Source of the DNA: Thermoproteota archaeon
GTDB taxonomy: Archaea; Korarchaeota; Korarchaeia; Korarchaeales; Korarchaeaceae
Assembly: GCA_027491395.1 (NCBI GenBank)
Contig: JAOZFI010000005.1
Coordinates: 1-24,563, forward strand
Length of the DNA stretch: 24,563 nucleotides
Direction: 5' to 3'
Part shown: positions 8,904 through 17,154 of the stretch, one piece after another
Layout: each line of letters starts with the position of its first letter
Position numbering within the stretch: position 1 is the stretch's first letter
Translations under genes and position numbers: made by a program
The notes under the pieces: generated by a model
Database searches by the model: none
What the model saw: only the letters and a program-made list of their open reading frames with translations
Told to the model about the DNA's origin: nothing

Positions 8904-9557
8904 ATGTTTCAACTCTTGGTGAGCCCTCAGTGCGTGGACCGCCTGTCTACTGGCATACTGGGTCTAGACGAGTTGCTGGGTGGTGGCGTGGAGAGGAACT
9001 CATTCACGGAGTTCTACTCCTCCAGCTTCAACGTTCTCAAGCTGCTCTACCACAGGCTCATTCTCTCCTTGGTGGGGTATGGAGTGATCTCGGTCCATGT
9101 TCAGGAATTCTCCGGCTTGGATCCCTACCTGCTCAGGTCTATAGGTAGGAGGCTGGGAGTCGACTGGAATCTGGTGGAGGAGAACTTCAGGATAGCTAGG
9201 GGCTTCAAGGTCGAGGATGTGATGGCCTTAGTTGACGCGGTCGCTCACCTGAGCGTCCCCGTGGTGCTGATATTCGACCCCTTCCTCCACGGAGGGGGCC
9301 CAGATCTCAGCTGGAAGATCAGGGATCTAATCAAGGGGACTACCGTGGTGTCTATCAACAGGGGCTCAACCCACCCTAGGGGAGGGAGGTACCATTCTCA
9401 CACGGTCCACGCTCTGATCAGAATGAGTTCGTTGGGAGAGGTTGTGAGGGTCGAGCTGGTGAAGCACCCCTCTCTTCCCAGCTCCACGACCTACATCACG
9501 ATGAGGGAGCTGATGGGGGAATGGGGAGGTCAGCGCCCACTCTTAGAATGGCTGTGA
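8904..9557 (+). CDS. RadA/RecA-superfamily protein with degenerate P-loop (PolB2-associated type)
   Basis: RLSTGILGLDELLGGGVERNSFTEFY is the RadA N-terminal signature. Walker A is replaced by SSSFNVLK; Walker B-like VVLIFD; later RGGRYHSHTVH. The true start may be GTG 8919 or 8934. Confidence 0.8.
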   Translation: MFQLLVSPQCVDRLSTGILGLDELLGGGVERNSFTEFYSSSFNVLKLLYHRLILSLVGYGVISVHVQEFSGLDPYLLRSIGRRLGVDWNLVEENFRIARGFKVEDVMALVDAVAHLSVPVVLIFDPFLHGGGPDLSWKIRDLIKGTTVVSINRGSTHPRGGRYHSHTVHALIRMSSLGEVVRVELVKHPSLPSSTTYITMRELMGEWGGQRPLLEWL

Positions 9558-9769
9558 GACGTGAACTGGAGAGGTTGAGGAGGATCTCCAAAGTGGAGAG
9601 GGATCCCGAAATTAGAAGGTCCTTGGAAGAGGTTCTCAGGGTTGGTGAGAAACTTCTGGACGCCTACTCGGTCGAACCACCCACTGATGCGATGGAGGTT
9701 GTGCTGTTAAGTGCCATAGTGGAACTCTTCTCTAGGTGTCGCGACCTATCGGTCAATGAAACAAGTTAG
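9521..9769 (+). CDS. Small alpha-helical PolB2-associated protein (arCOG07300-like)
   Basis: N-terminus MGRSAPTLR...ELER and C-terminal 'DAMEVVLLSAIVE' resemble the MGRTxPSxR family encoded beside polB2. Overlaps the radA-like gene by 37 bp. Confidence 0.7.
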   Translation: MGRSAPTLRMAVRRELERLRRISKVERDPEIRRSLEEVLRVGEKLLDAYSVEPPTDAMEVVLLSAIVELFSRCRDLSVNETS

Positions 9770-10386
9770 AACAATAAAATAATTATCATACTTTTAAGTT
9801 ACGAGACCCGGAGAGTAAGGTAGGACGATGAGCAGTGCTGAGGCAGCTGCCATCGTTCTCATAGTCATAGCAGTCCCGATCTTATTACATAATTTAACTT
9901 ATGATTATTTACTCTCGAGGTGAGAACAGAGACCAGCAACATCTTTCTCGCAGCCCTTCACACCCAGGCCTAAGCTAAACCGAAGCAAAAACTGGGGCCT
10001 AAACAGAAACCAGCCCCCGACCATGTCACCGCAGAGGACCCTTAGAGGAGTGAGATGGAGATCTGTTACGATAAGGCGACTGGCGAGTGCGTCAAAGCGA
10101 CTTTATACATTCCCGGGTTGGAAGGATACAGGTCTTGGATATCCAAGCATGGACTGCTCGTCAAGTGGACCTCTCAAGGAGTAGAAGGGGGTTCTTGTGG
10201 CCTACGTGTGATCTTAAGCGTAAAGATGTATTCAAATACAGGTAGCCTCTAGCGGGACCTAGCTAGCTGAGCCTCTCTTGGAACTAAGAGTTCCCGCGAG
10301 CGACTCTCATAAATCGTTAAAGATCTTTGGATGGGGGAATCCCAACGACCGGAAAGGAAAAAAGGCCTCCATGTGTAAATTCAAGG

Positions 10387-11175
10387 ATGGACATAGAGAG
10401 GCTCTCAACTGGAGTCAAGGAGCTAGATAGAATACTTGGAGGCGGAATACCGAGGGGCTTCCTCGTGGCAGTCGCAGGAGAGCCAGGGACTGGGAAGACG
10501 GTACTTTGCATTCACTTCTCATGGCAGGGTATCTTGGACGGTGATAAGGTGATCTACGTGACCACAGAGGAGTCTAGGGAATCAGTAATAAGGCAAGCCG
10601 AGACCTTGGGCATGAGGCTGGGCGATGCGGTGACAAGAGGGAAGGCAATAGTAATCGACGCCCTCTTGGGGAGCGACAGATGGAGTCTCAGGTCCTTGAA
10701 CCCCGAGGATATGGTGGAGAAGGTAGTGGAGGCAAAGAGGGAACTAGGCTACGGGAGGGCGCGACTGGTCATAGACAGCATGAGCGCCTTCTGGCTCGAT
10801 AAGCCAGCAATGGCTCGCAAGTACTCCTACTACCTGAAGAAGGTGCTCCATAAGTGGGATTTCACTATTCTGGCCACTACTCAATACGCTATAACCACTT
10901 CAGAGGCGTTTGGCTTTGGTTTAGAGCATATAGCCGATGGGATCATCAGGTTCAGGAGAGTAGTTAGGGGAGGGAGGCTGAGGAGGTTCCTCTTGGTGGA
11001 GAAGATGAGACAGACCCCCCACGATCTGAGGATGTATGAAGTGGTGATAGAGCCTGGCAGGGGGATGAGGCTCGTGGGACCCGTAGGTCTGAGAGCTGAA
11101 GATTTCGCACTACCCCAGAGTGTTACCAAGAGGATACTCGAAGCTAAGAAGAGGTCGGAGGAGGGGCTCTCGTGA
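10387..11175 (+). CDS. KaiC-like single-domain RecA-superfamily ATPase (PAE1156-type)
   Basis: RLSTG, Walker A GEPGTGKT, YVTTEE, Walker B RLVIDS, AFWLDKPAMARKYSY, EHIADGII, EKMRQT. Start moved to ATG 10387. Confidence 0.9.
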   Translation: MDIERLSTGVKELDRILGGGIPRGFLVAVAGEPGTGKTVLCIHFSWQGILDGDKVIYVTTEESRESVIRQAETLGMRLGDAVTRGKAIVIDALLGSDRWSLRSLNPEDMVEKVVEAKRELGYGRARLVIDSMSAFWLDKPAMARKYSYYLKKVLHKWDFTILATTQYAITTSEAFGFGLEHIADGIIRFRRVVRGGRLRRFLLVEKMRQTPHDLRMYEVVIEPGRGMRLVGPVGLRAEDFALPQSVTKRILEAKKRSEEGLS

Positions 11176-11222
11176 ATCCGAGGGAGTGACCGTTTTATCG
11201 AATCACACCACCCCTGTAAGAG

Positions 11223-12098
11223 GTGCTTCAGGTGCCCGACCTCTCCGAATACTTAGATGACCACGACGCACAGCTCGTCAGGGAGCACTACTCCAGACCT
11301 GATGTTAAAAGCGAGGTCGTGAGGTTCTCCAGAGGTCGCTGGCTGGCCTTGGCTGGCGAGAGATGGATAAGACACTTCGGTAGAGCGCCCCTCACCATAG
11401 ACTCCCTGAAGTTGCCGGGCACCCTGCTGGCCACCGGAACTAGGTCCATCTACGCGACCACATCCGTTTATAGGAGACTCAAATCTCGTGGGGATCCCTA
11501 CGATGACTCTAACGTTGTGGCGGTCACACCCTACCTAGACATCGATAATGATCTAGAGGCCTGGAGGGCGACGATAGAAGCGGCGAGGGCAATAACTGAA
11601 GAGCTGGAGAGACTCGGTGTGATCAAGTCGGTCTACATCCTGTGGTCCGGGAATGGAGCTCATGTTAGGGTGCATGAGCATGCCCTCTCTAAAGAGCTCA
11701 GGGATCTGGATCACGCTTGGGCCCTCGCCGAGTACCTTAGGATCAGGGTCGAGGTGAGAGTGGCTGAGATAAGGGCGAGACATGAGGCCCTCGGGATGAA
11801 GGTCGAGAACCAGATCAAACCCCGATCCCTCTTCACAGTTCCGCTTAGCCTACATCGAAGGATAGATCGAGTTGCGGTCTGCTTCAAACCCGAAAGCTTG
11901 GATAACTTTGATCCATCCTGGACCTCACCGAGAGATTTCAGGCACGATCCCTCTTGGGAGGATCACGAGGTTGGGGAGGCAGATGAGGCCTCTAAAGTAG
12001 CGATGGAGATGGTGGGCGGATATCCAATAAAGAGGAGCTGGAAGAGGAGGGAACCCCCTGTGGACGAGATGGTGAGGAAATGGAATGAGCTTGACTGA
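11223..12098 (+). CDS. Stand-alone archaeo-eukaryotic primase (AEP) superfamily primase-polymerase, not canonical PriS
   Basis: Motif I PYLDIDND, motif II WSGNGAHVRV, motif III region KVEN...RSLFTVPLSLH. TATA-like TTTTAT ~25 nt upstream. Confidence 0.8.
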   Translation: MLQVPDLSEYLDDHDAQLVREHYSRPDVKSEVVRFSRGRWLALAGERWIRHFGRAPLTIDSLKLPGTLLATGTRSIYATTSVYRRLKSRGDPYDDSNVVAVTPYLDIDNDLEAWRATIEAARAITEELERLGVIKSVYILWSGNGAHVRVHEHALSKELRDLDHAWALAEYLRIRVEVRVAEIRARHEALGMKVENQIKPRSLFTVPLSLHRRIDRVAVCFKPESLDNFDPSWTSPRDFRHDPSWEDHEVGEADEASKVAMEMVGGYPIKRSWKRREPPVDEMVRKWNELD

Positions 12099-12471
12099 CA
12101 GGGAGAAAGCCGTCGTCGTATCCCTGATACTCCAAGGAAGGGTGGAGGAAGCTTTGAAGCTCGTGTGCTCCGCTTACGAGAAGGTACCTCCCAGGGTGAA
12201 GGTTGGCAGGGTGAAGGGACACGACAAGGCCTTGGCAGTATATGATGCCAAGAGGGAAACTATCTTCGTTTCTAGAGGGGATCTACTCAGGAATCCCTTC
12301 ATAATCCTGCATGAGACCTATCACCACATCAGGATGTTCGCTGGGAGGCATAGGGGTACGGAGAAGCAAGCTGACAGATTCGCCCAGTCGTTCTTAGAAG
12401 CCTACTGCCGCGTGGTAGAGAGGGAGATGGGATACCAACCTCCTTGGTGTCGGGCCTTGGGATCTACTTGA
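12085..12471 (+). CDS. Small zincin metalloprotease, IrrE/ImmA (M78/DUF955)-like
   Basis: IILHETYHH (HExxH) followed by TEKQADRFA (ExxAxxFA third-ligand helix). Overlaps the AEP gene by 14 bp. Confidence 0.7.
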   Translation: MSLTDREKAVVVSLILQGRVEEALKLVCSAYEKVPPRVKVGRVKGHDKALAVYDAKRETIFVSRGDLLRNPFIILHETYHHIRMFAGRHRGTEKQADRFAQSFLEAYCRVVEREMGYQPPWCRALGST

Positions 12472-12530
12472 GGTGTAAAGTCGTAAACCGATAGTCGTAT
12501 CATCTTTTTCTCCTCTGGAGGTAGGAACCA

Positions 12531-13766
12531 ATGATGAGGTATCTCCTCCCCGCACTACTCTTAACGCTCTTAATTGTGATGGGCTCGGTCCGAGCCGATC
12601 CAGAGACCAATAATCCCGAGACGAACTCCCAAAGCCAACTGGCAGATGTCTGGTCAGACAGGGGAGGGAAGGGACTCAACATCAGCTGCGGGCACTACAG
12701 GGTTGGGGAGGAGGTGACTCTTTACTTCCAAGTCTCCAAAGTGATGTACATAGAGCTTTACATCATAAGGCCCGATGGGAGCAAGATCAGGCTCATGAAC
12801 ATCTCCATGACTGGTCCAGGGGTCGTGTACAAGACACCACCCATACTCCTGATAGACGAGGGTCTTAGGACCGCCCAGCTCGTAGGAGCTAGAAGCCATC
12901 AAGTCCTCGACTCCTGCAACTTCTACGTGACGAAGGAAGTGGTGGGTGGAGATGTGTGGACCGACGAAGGTGGGAGGGGGCGTGGGACTCCCGGTGGGAC
13001 CTTTCCCCCACTGAAACCCATCAGGGTCGCGCTTAGAATCAACTCCACTGCTGAAGTCGAGCTTAAGGCCATCATATCTAGGGGAGAGCAGGTACTCTTC
13101 AAGGGTAAACTGGAGGCCAACGAGGTGAGGTATGTTTACTTGGAAGCCCTTCAGGAGGGTGTGATCACGCTGAAACTACTGCACGATGGCAAGGAGCTCG
13201 ACACCTGCCGCCTCCTCATCACCCTACCGGTCGAGGAGAACCCCCCAATACTGGAGGTGAATGGGATCTCCGTGTCCGGGCTCACTGTGACTGTGAACGG
13301 AAAGGTGGAACCGGGGACTCCTAACGCGACAGTTATCCTCCGATGGATGTGGGGAGACGGAACAGAGGACGAAGGTGAATTTCCCAAGTCCCACACGTAC
13401 AGCAAGGGAGGTAAGTACACGATAACCGTAATAGCAGAGCAGAGCGACGGTCTCTCATCCAATTTCACCTACACAGTCCAAGTGAGCTCTCCTGAGACCG
13501 CGACCGAGGTGAAGGGTGATAAGGGGGCGATGGAGACTTCCACAAGCAGTCGACCTCGAAAACCCCCTGCTATTACGAGGGTGATCACCGTAACGCCTGA
13601 ACGCATCGGAACTTCCTCATCACCCTACCCAGCGCTGTCGTTCCTTCTGGGATCGGTAGTTACGGTATTCTCCTTCCTGATAATCTCGCGCCTCTTAAGG
13701 AGGCAGGACACAGGGAAGGGGATGCCCGGGTCGGGTCAAGGTGACACGGGAGCAGGTGAAGATTAA
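12531..13766 (+). CDS. Secreted/surface protein with two repeated DUF4384-like domains, a PKD domain and a C-terminal TM anchor
   Basis: Signal peptide; repeat starts DVWSDRGGKG and DVWTDEGGRG; 'YRVGEEVTLYFQVSK..YIELYIIRPDGS'; PKD 'WMWGDGT...SHTYSKGGKYTITV'; TM 'LSFLLGSVVTVFSFLII'. Confidence 0.78.
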   Translation: MMRYLLPALLLTLLIVMGSVRADPETNNPETNSQSQLADVWSDRGGKGLNISCGHYRVGEEVTLYFQVSKVMYIELYIIRPDGSKIRLMNISMTGPGVVYKTPPILLIDEGLRTAQLVGARSHQVLDSCNFYVTKEVVGGDVWTDEGGRGRGTPGGTFPPLKPIRVALRINSTAEVELKAIISRGEQVLFKGKLEANEVRYVYLEALQEGVITLKLLHDGKELDTCRLLITLPVEENPPILEVNGISVSGLTVTVNGKVEPGTPNATVILRWMWGDGTEDEGEFPKSHTYSKGGKYTITVIAEQSDGLSSNFTYTVQVSSPETATEVKGDKGAMETSTSSRPRKPPAITRVITVTPERIGTSSSPYPALSFLLGSVVTVFSFLIISRLLRRQDTGKGMPGSGQGDTGAGED

Positions 13767-13797
13767 TATCTTCTACTGTATTATGACGCGGATAATA

Positions 13798-14196
13798 GTG
13801 AAGGATGTATTCGAGATAGGTTATCGGTACCTGATGCCCTTCCTCAGGGCCACCCTAGTCAGGATGCTCGTGGAAAGAGGGTTAAGCGAGGTGAAGATAG
13901 CTTCCATACTCGTCATGACCCAGTCAGCGGTTTCACGCTATGCCAACATGAAGAGAGGTAGCGTGGTGGATCTCTCGGATAGGAGGGATGTGATAGAGAG
14001 GATCGGGTCATTGGCCAGCAGGATAGTCGAGGAGAAGCTGGATCCCTTCACGATCCAGATGGAGCTGACGAAGATAGCCCTTTACTCGTTGGCCAAGGGT
14101 TATGTCTGTGAATTTCACGAGAAGATAGATTCGAGGATAGATCCGGACAAGTGCAACGTCTGTAAGACCCTCTTCAAGGAGTTTGCTACCCTTTGA
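13798..14196 (+). CDS. HTH transcriptional regulator (COG2522-like) with C-terminal CxxH...CxxC motif
   Basis: HTH 'GLSEVKIASILVMTQSAVSRY..KRG'; tail 'CEFH...CNVC'. Start is likely GTG 13798 (alternative ATG 13783), with TATA TTAATA at 13763. Confidence 0.82.
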   Translation: MKDVFEIGYRYLMPFLRATLVRMLVERGLSEVKIASILVMTQSAVSRYANMKRGSVVDLSDRRDVIERIGSLASRIVEEKLDPFTIQMELTKIALYSLAKGYVCEFHEKIDSRIDPDKCNVCKTLFKEFATL

Positions 14197-14302
14197 GTGT
14201 AGAATAGTGTGCTGTAAGTGTTGGAAGTTAATATTTATTCGCTCAAAGAACGAAAGAATTTTCATAATATAACTCCCATTTCCCACGACAATAATCCTGA
14301 CA

Positions 14303-14733
14303 ATGGAAACAATCCTATGGGTCTTTGGACGGAGGCTCTGTGTCTATGAGAGGAAACTTGTTGGCAATTTCCATCATCTCCGAGCTCCTCTTATCATCTG
14401 CGGTTTTTGTCAACCCGATAGACTTCCTGTTATGCTTAACCTTGGGATCTCTCTTGAGAACCTCCCTATTTTGTCTCCTTATCTAAGGGCAGCGGTCTGG
14501 ACATTTATTGGAGAGGATATAGATCGGAAGACGCTTAAATGTCTGATTCTGTTCCGGGTTATATTGGGAATGATTACCCTCCCCTCCATCTATCCAAGTG
14601 TCTAACTAGGACAACTTCTCTTATCTAATAGCTTGATATCCTTTCGGGGTTGAGCATCTCCATCACCGCAATAATTCTGTCATTCATTAGCTACTACCGC
14701 TGGAGAGGTGACCAGCCTGTGAACAACTCCTAA
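14303..14733 (+). pseudogene. Probable decayed membrane-protein gene
   Basis: Hydrophobic fragments fall in different + frames separated by stops (MRGNLLAISIISELLLSSAVFV...; ILFRVILGMITLP; ILSGLSISITAIILSFISYYRWR*). Lower GC. Family not recognised. Confidence 0.4.
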
Positions 14734-14917
14734 ATCGGTATACGACTCTATCTCAATGTGTCGTAATTGAATTCCTGTTCTCTCATCGATGCAAAGTCTC
14801 TGGCAATCTAAGACGATCGGGGATCGCTAAAAAATGCAGGGCGGGGTTCCTTATCAAGGTGCATTTTCACACTCCAAAACGGTAAAGATTATTTCACTTT
14901 GTCCTCAAGATTGACAT

Positions 14918-15658
14918 ATGCTTAGTTATGAGGGCGTGACTAAAAGATACGGGAATGTGCAAGCACTCAAGGGCGTGACAGTAGAATTCCAGCCTAGTAG
15001 GATACATGCCCTCCTAGGTCCGAATGGCTCGGGTAAGTCCACCTTGATGAAGATGGCCATAGGACTCGTGAAACCCGACTCTGGAAGGGTCAGGGTGGAC
15101 GGGATAGATCCAGTGGAAGATCCAATATCAGCGAGGAAGATAGTGGGGTACGCACCAGAGGAGATCGTGATATACGAGAGCCTCACTCCGGCTGAGTACC
15201 TCAGCTTCCTCGGCTACGTTTACACCATCCCGAAGGATGAACTGGAGACCAGATTGAAGACCCTGATCAAGATCTTCAAGATGGATGAGCATATGGGGAA
15301 GCTGGGAGGGGAACTCAGCCACGGCAACAGGAGGAAGCTCCTAATCATGTCTGCTCTGATACATGACCCCAAGGTGCTTATACTGGACGAGCCCTTCTCA
15401 GGACTCGATCCGGAGGTGGCGAGGGTCCTTAAGGAGCTGATGAGGAAGTACGCCGAGGAGGGTAGGGTGGTGATCTTCTCGACGCACATCCTAGAGCTGG
15501 CCGAGGCCGTAGCTGACGAGGTGACCATAATGCACCGTGGCGAGGTAGTCGCCAAGGGACCCATGGAGGAACTCAGAGGGAAGAAAGACCTAGAAACATA
15601 CTTCCTGGAGGTCACTGGTCTCACCTCTGAGCTTGAAGAGCTGTTGAAGGCCCTCTAG
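14918..15658 (+). CDS. ABC transporter ATP-binding protein (ABC-2/exporter type)
   Basis: Walker A GPNGSGKST, signature LSHGNRRK, Walker B LILDEP, H-loop STH. Confidence 0.95.
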   Translation: MLSYEGVTKRYGNVQALKGVTVEFQPSRIHALLGPNGSGKSTLMKMAIGLVKPDSGRVRVDGIDPVEDPISARKIVGYAPEEIVIYESLTPAEYLSFLGYVYTIPKDELETRLKTLIKIFKMDEHMGKLGGELSHGNRRKLLIMSALIHDPKVLILDEPFSGLDPEVARVLKELMRKYAEEGRVVIFSTHILELAEAVADEVTIMHRGEVVAKGPMEELRGKKDLETYFLEVTGLTSELEELLKAL

Positions 15659-15666
15659 GTGGTTTG

Positions 15667-17154
15667 ATGTCTTGGAGAAGGATAGCGGAGGTCGTCGCTA
15701 AGGAAGCAGTCTACAGGTCAAGGAAGGAGGCAGGGAGGAGTCTCCGCTTCTTCAGGATAAGTGGAGGAAGCATGCTCAGGTATAACGCCTTTATCTTGGC
15801 CGTGTTCACCCTCATGTCCTCAATGGTAGGCCTTAGCGCATTCGGCGGACCTGAGGTTGCGTATCCAACCCTGATAATGCTCTTCGTCATGGAGATCATG
15901 ATGGGCGTCCTCTTCATGGCCCTCAATCTGCAGGTACTCGTTTCCGACAAGCTCCTCGACCCGATATTCCATCTCCCGGTGAGCGAATCCGAGATAAGGA
16001 GGGCGCTCCTATGGGTTTGTATCTACTGGGGAGGCGCCGCTCTGCCCTTCGTCTTGATCCCTGGAGCGGCAATATCGTCCTATCTCTTGGGGGATCCCAT
16101 GATACTGGTGGGGGCGATAGCGGGCTCGCTCGTCGCTTTAGTCATGTCCATGGCCCTCGGATACCTCGCTGGCTCGCTGGTCACGAACTACACGAGGAGC
16201 CTGAGAGGGAGGGCCATCTCCACCCTAGTCTGGCTCCTAGTCTTGGGTGTGGGGTTCGTCATGGGTCCCCTTATGGACGCTATTTCCCGGCTCTATGAGG
16301 GTGGAACCATTCAAGCCCTGTATGTGGTGCCTCCGATCAGCTTCGCGATGATGTTCGAGAGCTTGGAGGCACTTTCATCCTCTCTTCTCCTAACATTAGC
16401 TTCGTACGTCCTCCTTAGGATCGGCACATCTAGGTTCTGGAGGGTGGCCACAAAGGGAGAGGTCCCTCTGCCCAAGGGGCCAGCCAAATGGAGCTTAAGC
16501 TTCGGCTTCGCCGCCGCCCTGATGAGGGAGGTGAAGGTGGCCACAAGGACTCCGAGGATCTTCGCGTCCCTCATAATGTACTCTTTCATATTTCCACTCG
16601 CTTTCATATTCCCCTTCTTCAGCGAGGGCCTGTCTCAGGGTTTCCCGGGGTTCCTCACTCCTCTAGCCCTCGCAGTCGGGGGTCTTGGTGGATTCTCCAT
16701 CCTTTACCTCTACATAATGGAAGCTGCTGGGGCCAAAACGCTTTACTCGCTCCCCCTCACGAGGTGCAGGGTAGCCTTGGTGAAGTTTTACACTTTCTTA
16801 ACGGTGAACATGCCCGTCGCGATTCTGATAGCGGTGGCGCTCGCCGTGCTAATTCCCACGGGTACGATATCCGCTCTCATATATTTGGCAGCTCTCTCTG
16901 GATCAGCCTTGCTTAACTCACTGATCTATGCTCTTCTCTTACCGAAGGAGCCCTCTCACTGGTCCACCGAGACCTTCGGCAGGACTCTCGTGGCGGTACT
17001 CTTTCTGATAGAAGGGATGGCCTACTTCGCCGTCGGAATAATCTCCCTCTTCCTACCGAATGAACTCCAAGCTACCATCTCCCTGATCACCCTCGCAGCG
17101 ATCTGGATCGTGAACTCGATTCTCCTCACTGTGAGTGGGAGGAAGGCCCTGTAG
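15667..17154 (+). CDS. ABC exporter permease
   Basis: Polytopic membrane protein starting 8 nt after the ABC ATPase stop; paralogue of 7382..8860. Confidence 0.85.
   Translation: MSWRRIAEVVAKEAVYRSRKEAGRSLRFFRISGGSMLRYNAFILAVFTLMSSMVGLSAFGGPEVAYPTLIMLFVMEIMMGVLFMALNLQVLVSDKLLDPIFHLPVSESEIRRALLWVCIYWGGAALPFVLIPGAAISSYLLGDPMILVGAIAGSLVALVMSMALGYLAGSLVTNYTRSLRGRAISTLVWLLVLGVGFVMGPLMDAISRLYEGGTIQALYVVPPISFAMMFESLEALSSSLLLTLASYVLLRIGTSRFWRVATKGEVPLPKGPAKWSLSFGFAAALMREVKVATRTPRIFASLIMYSFIFPLAFIFPFFSEGLSQGFPGFLTPLALAVGGLGGFSILYLYIMEAAGAKTLYSLPLTRCRVALVKFYTFLTVNMPVAILIAVALAVLIPTGTISALIYLAALSGSALLNSLIYALLLPKEPSHWSTETFGRTLVAVLFLIEGMAYFAVGIISLFLPNELQATISLITLAAIWIVNSILLTVSGRKAL

Noticed and set aside
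10387-11175. KaiC as a circadian clock protein or true RadA
   Set aside because: It is single-domain with no KaiA/KaiB and lacks the RadA N-terminal HhH domain; it is a common archaeal KaiC-like ATPase.
11223-12098. CRISPR-associated primase-polymerase or NHEJ LigD-Pol
   Set aside because: No cas genes, array, Ku or ligase in the window.
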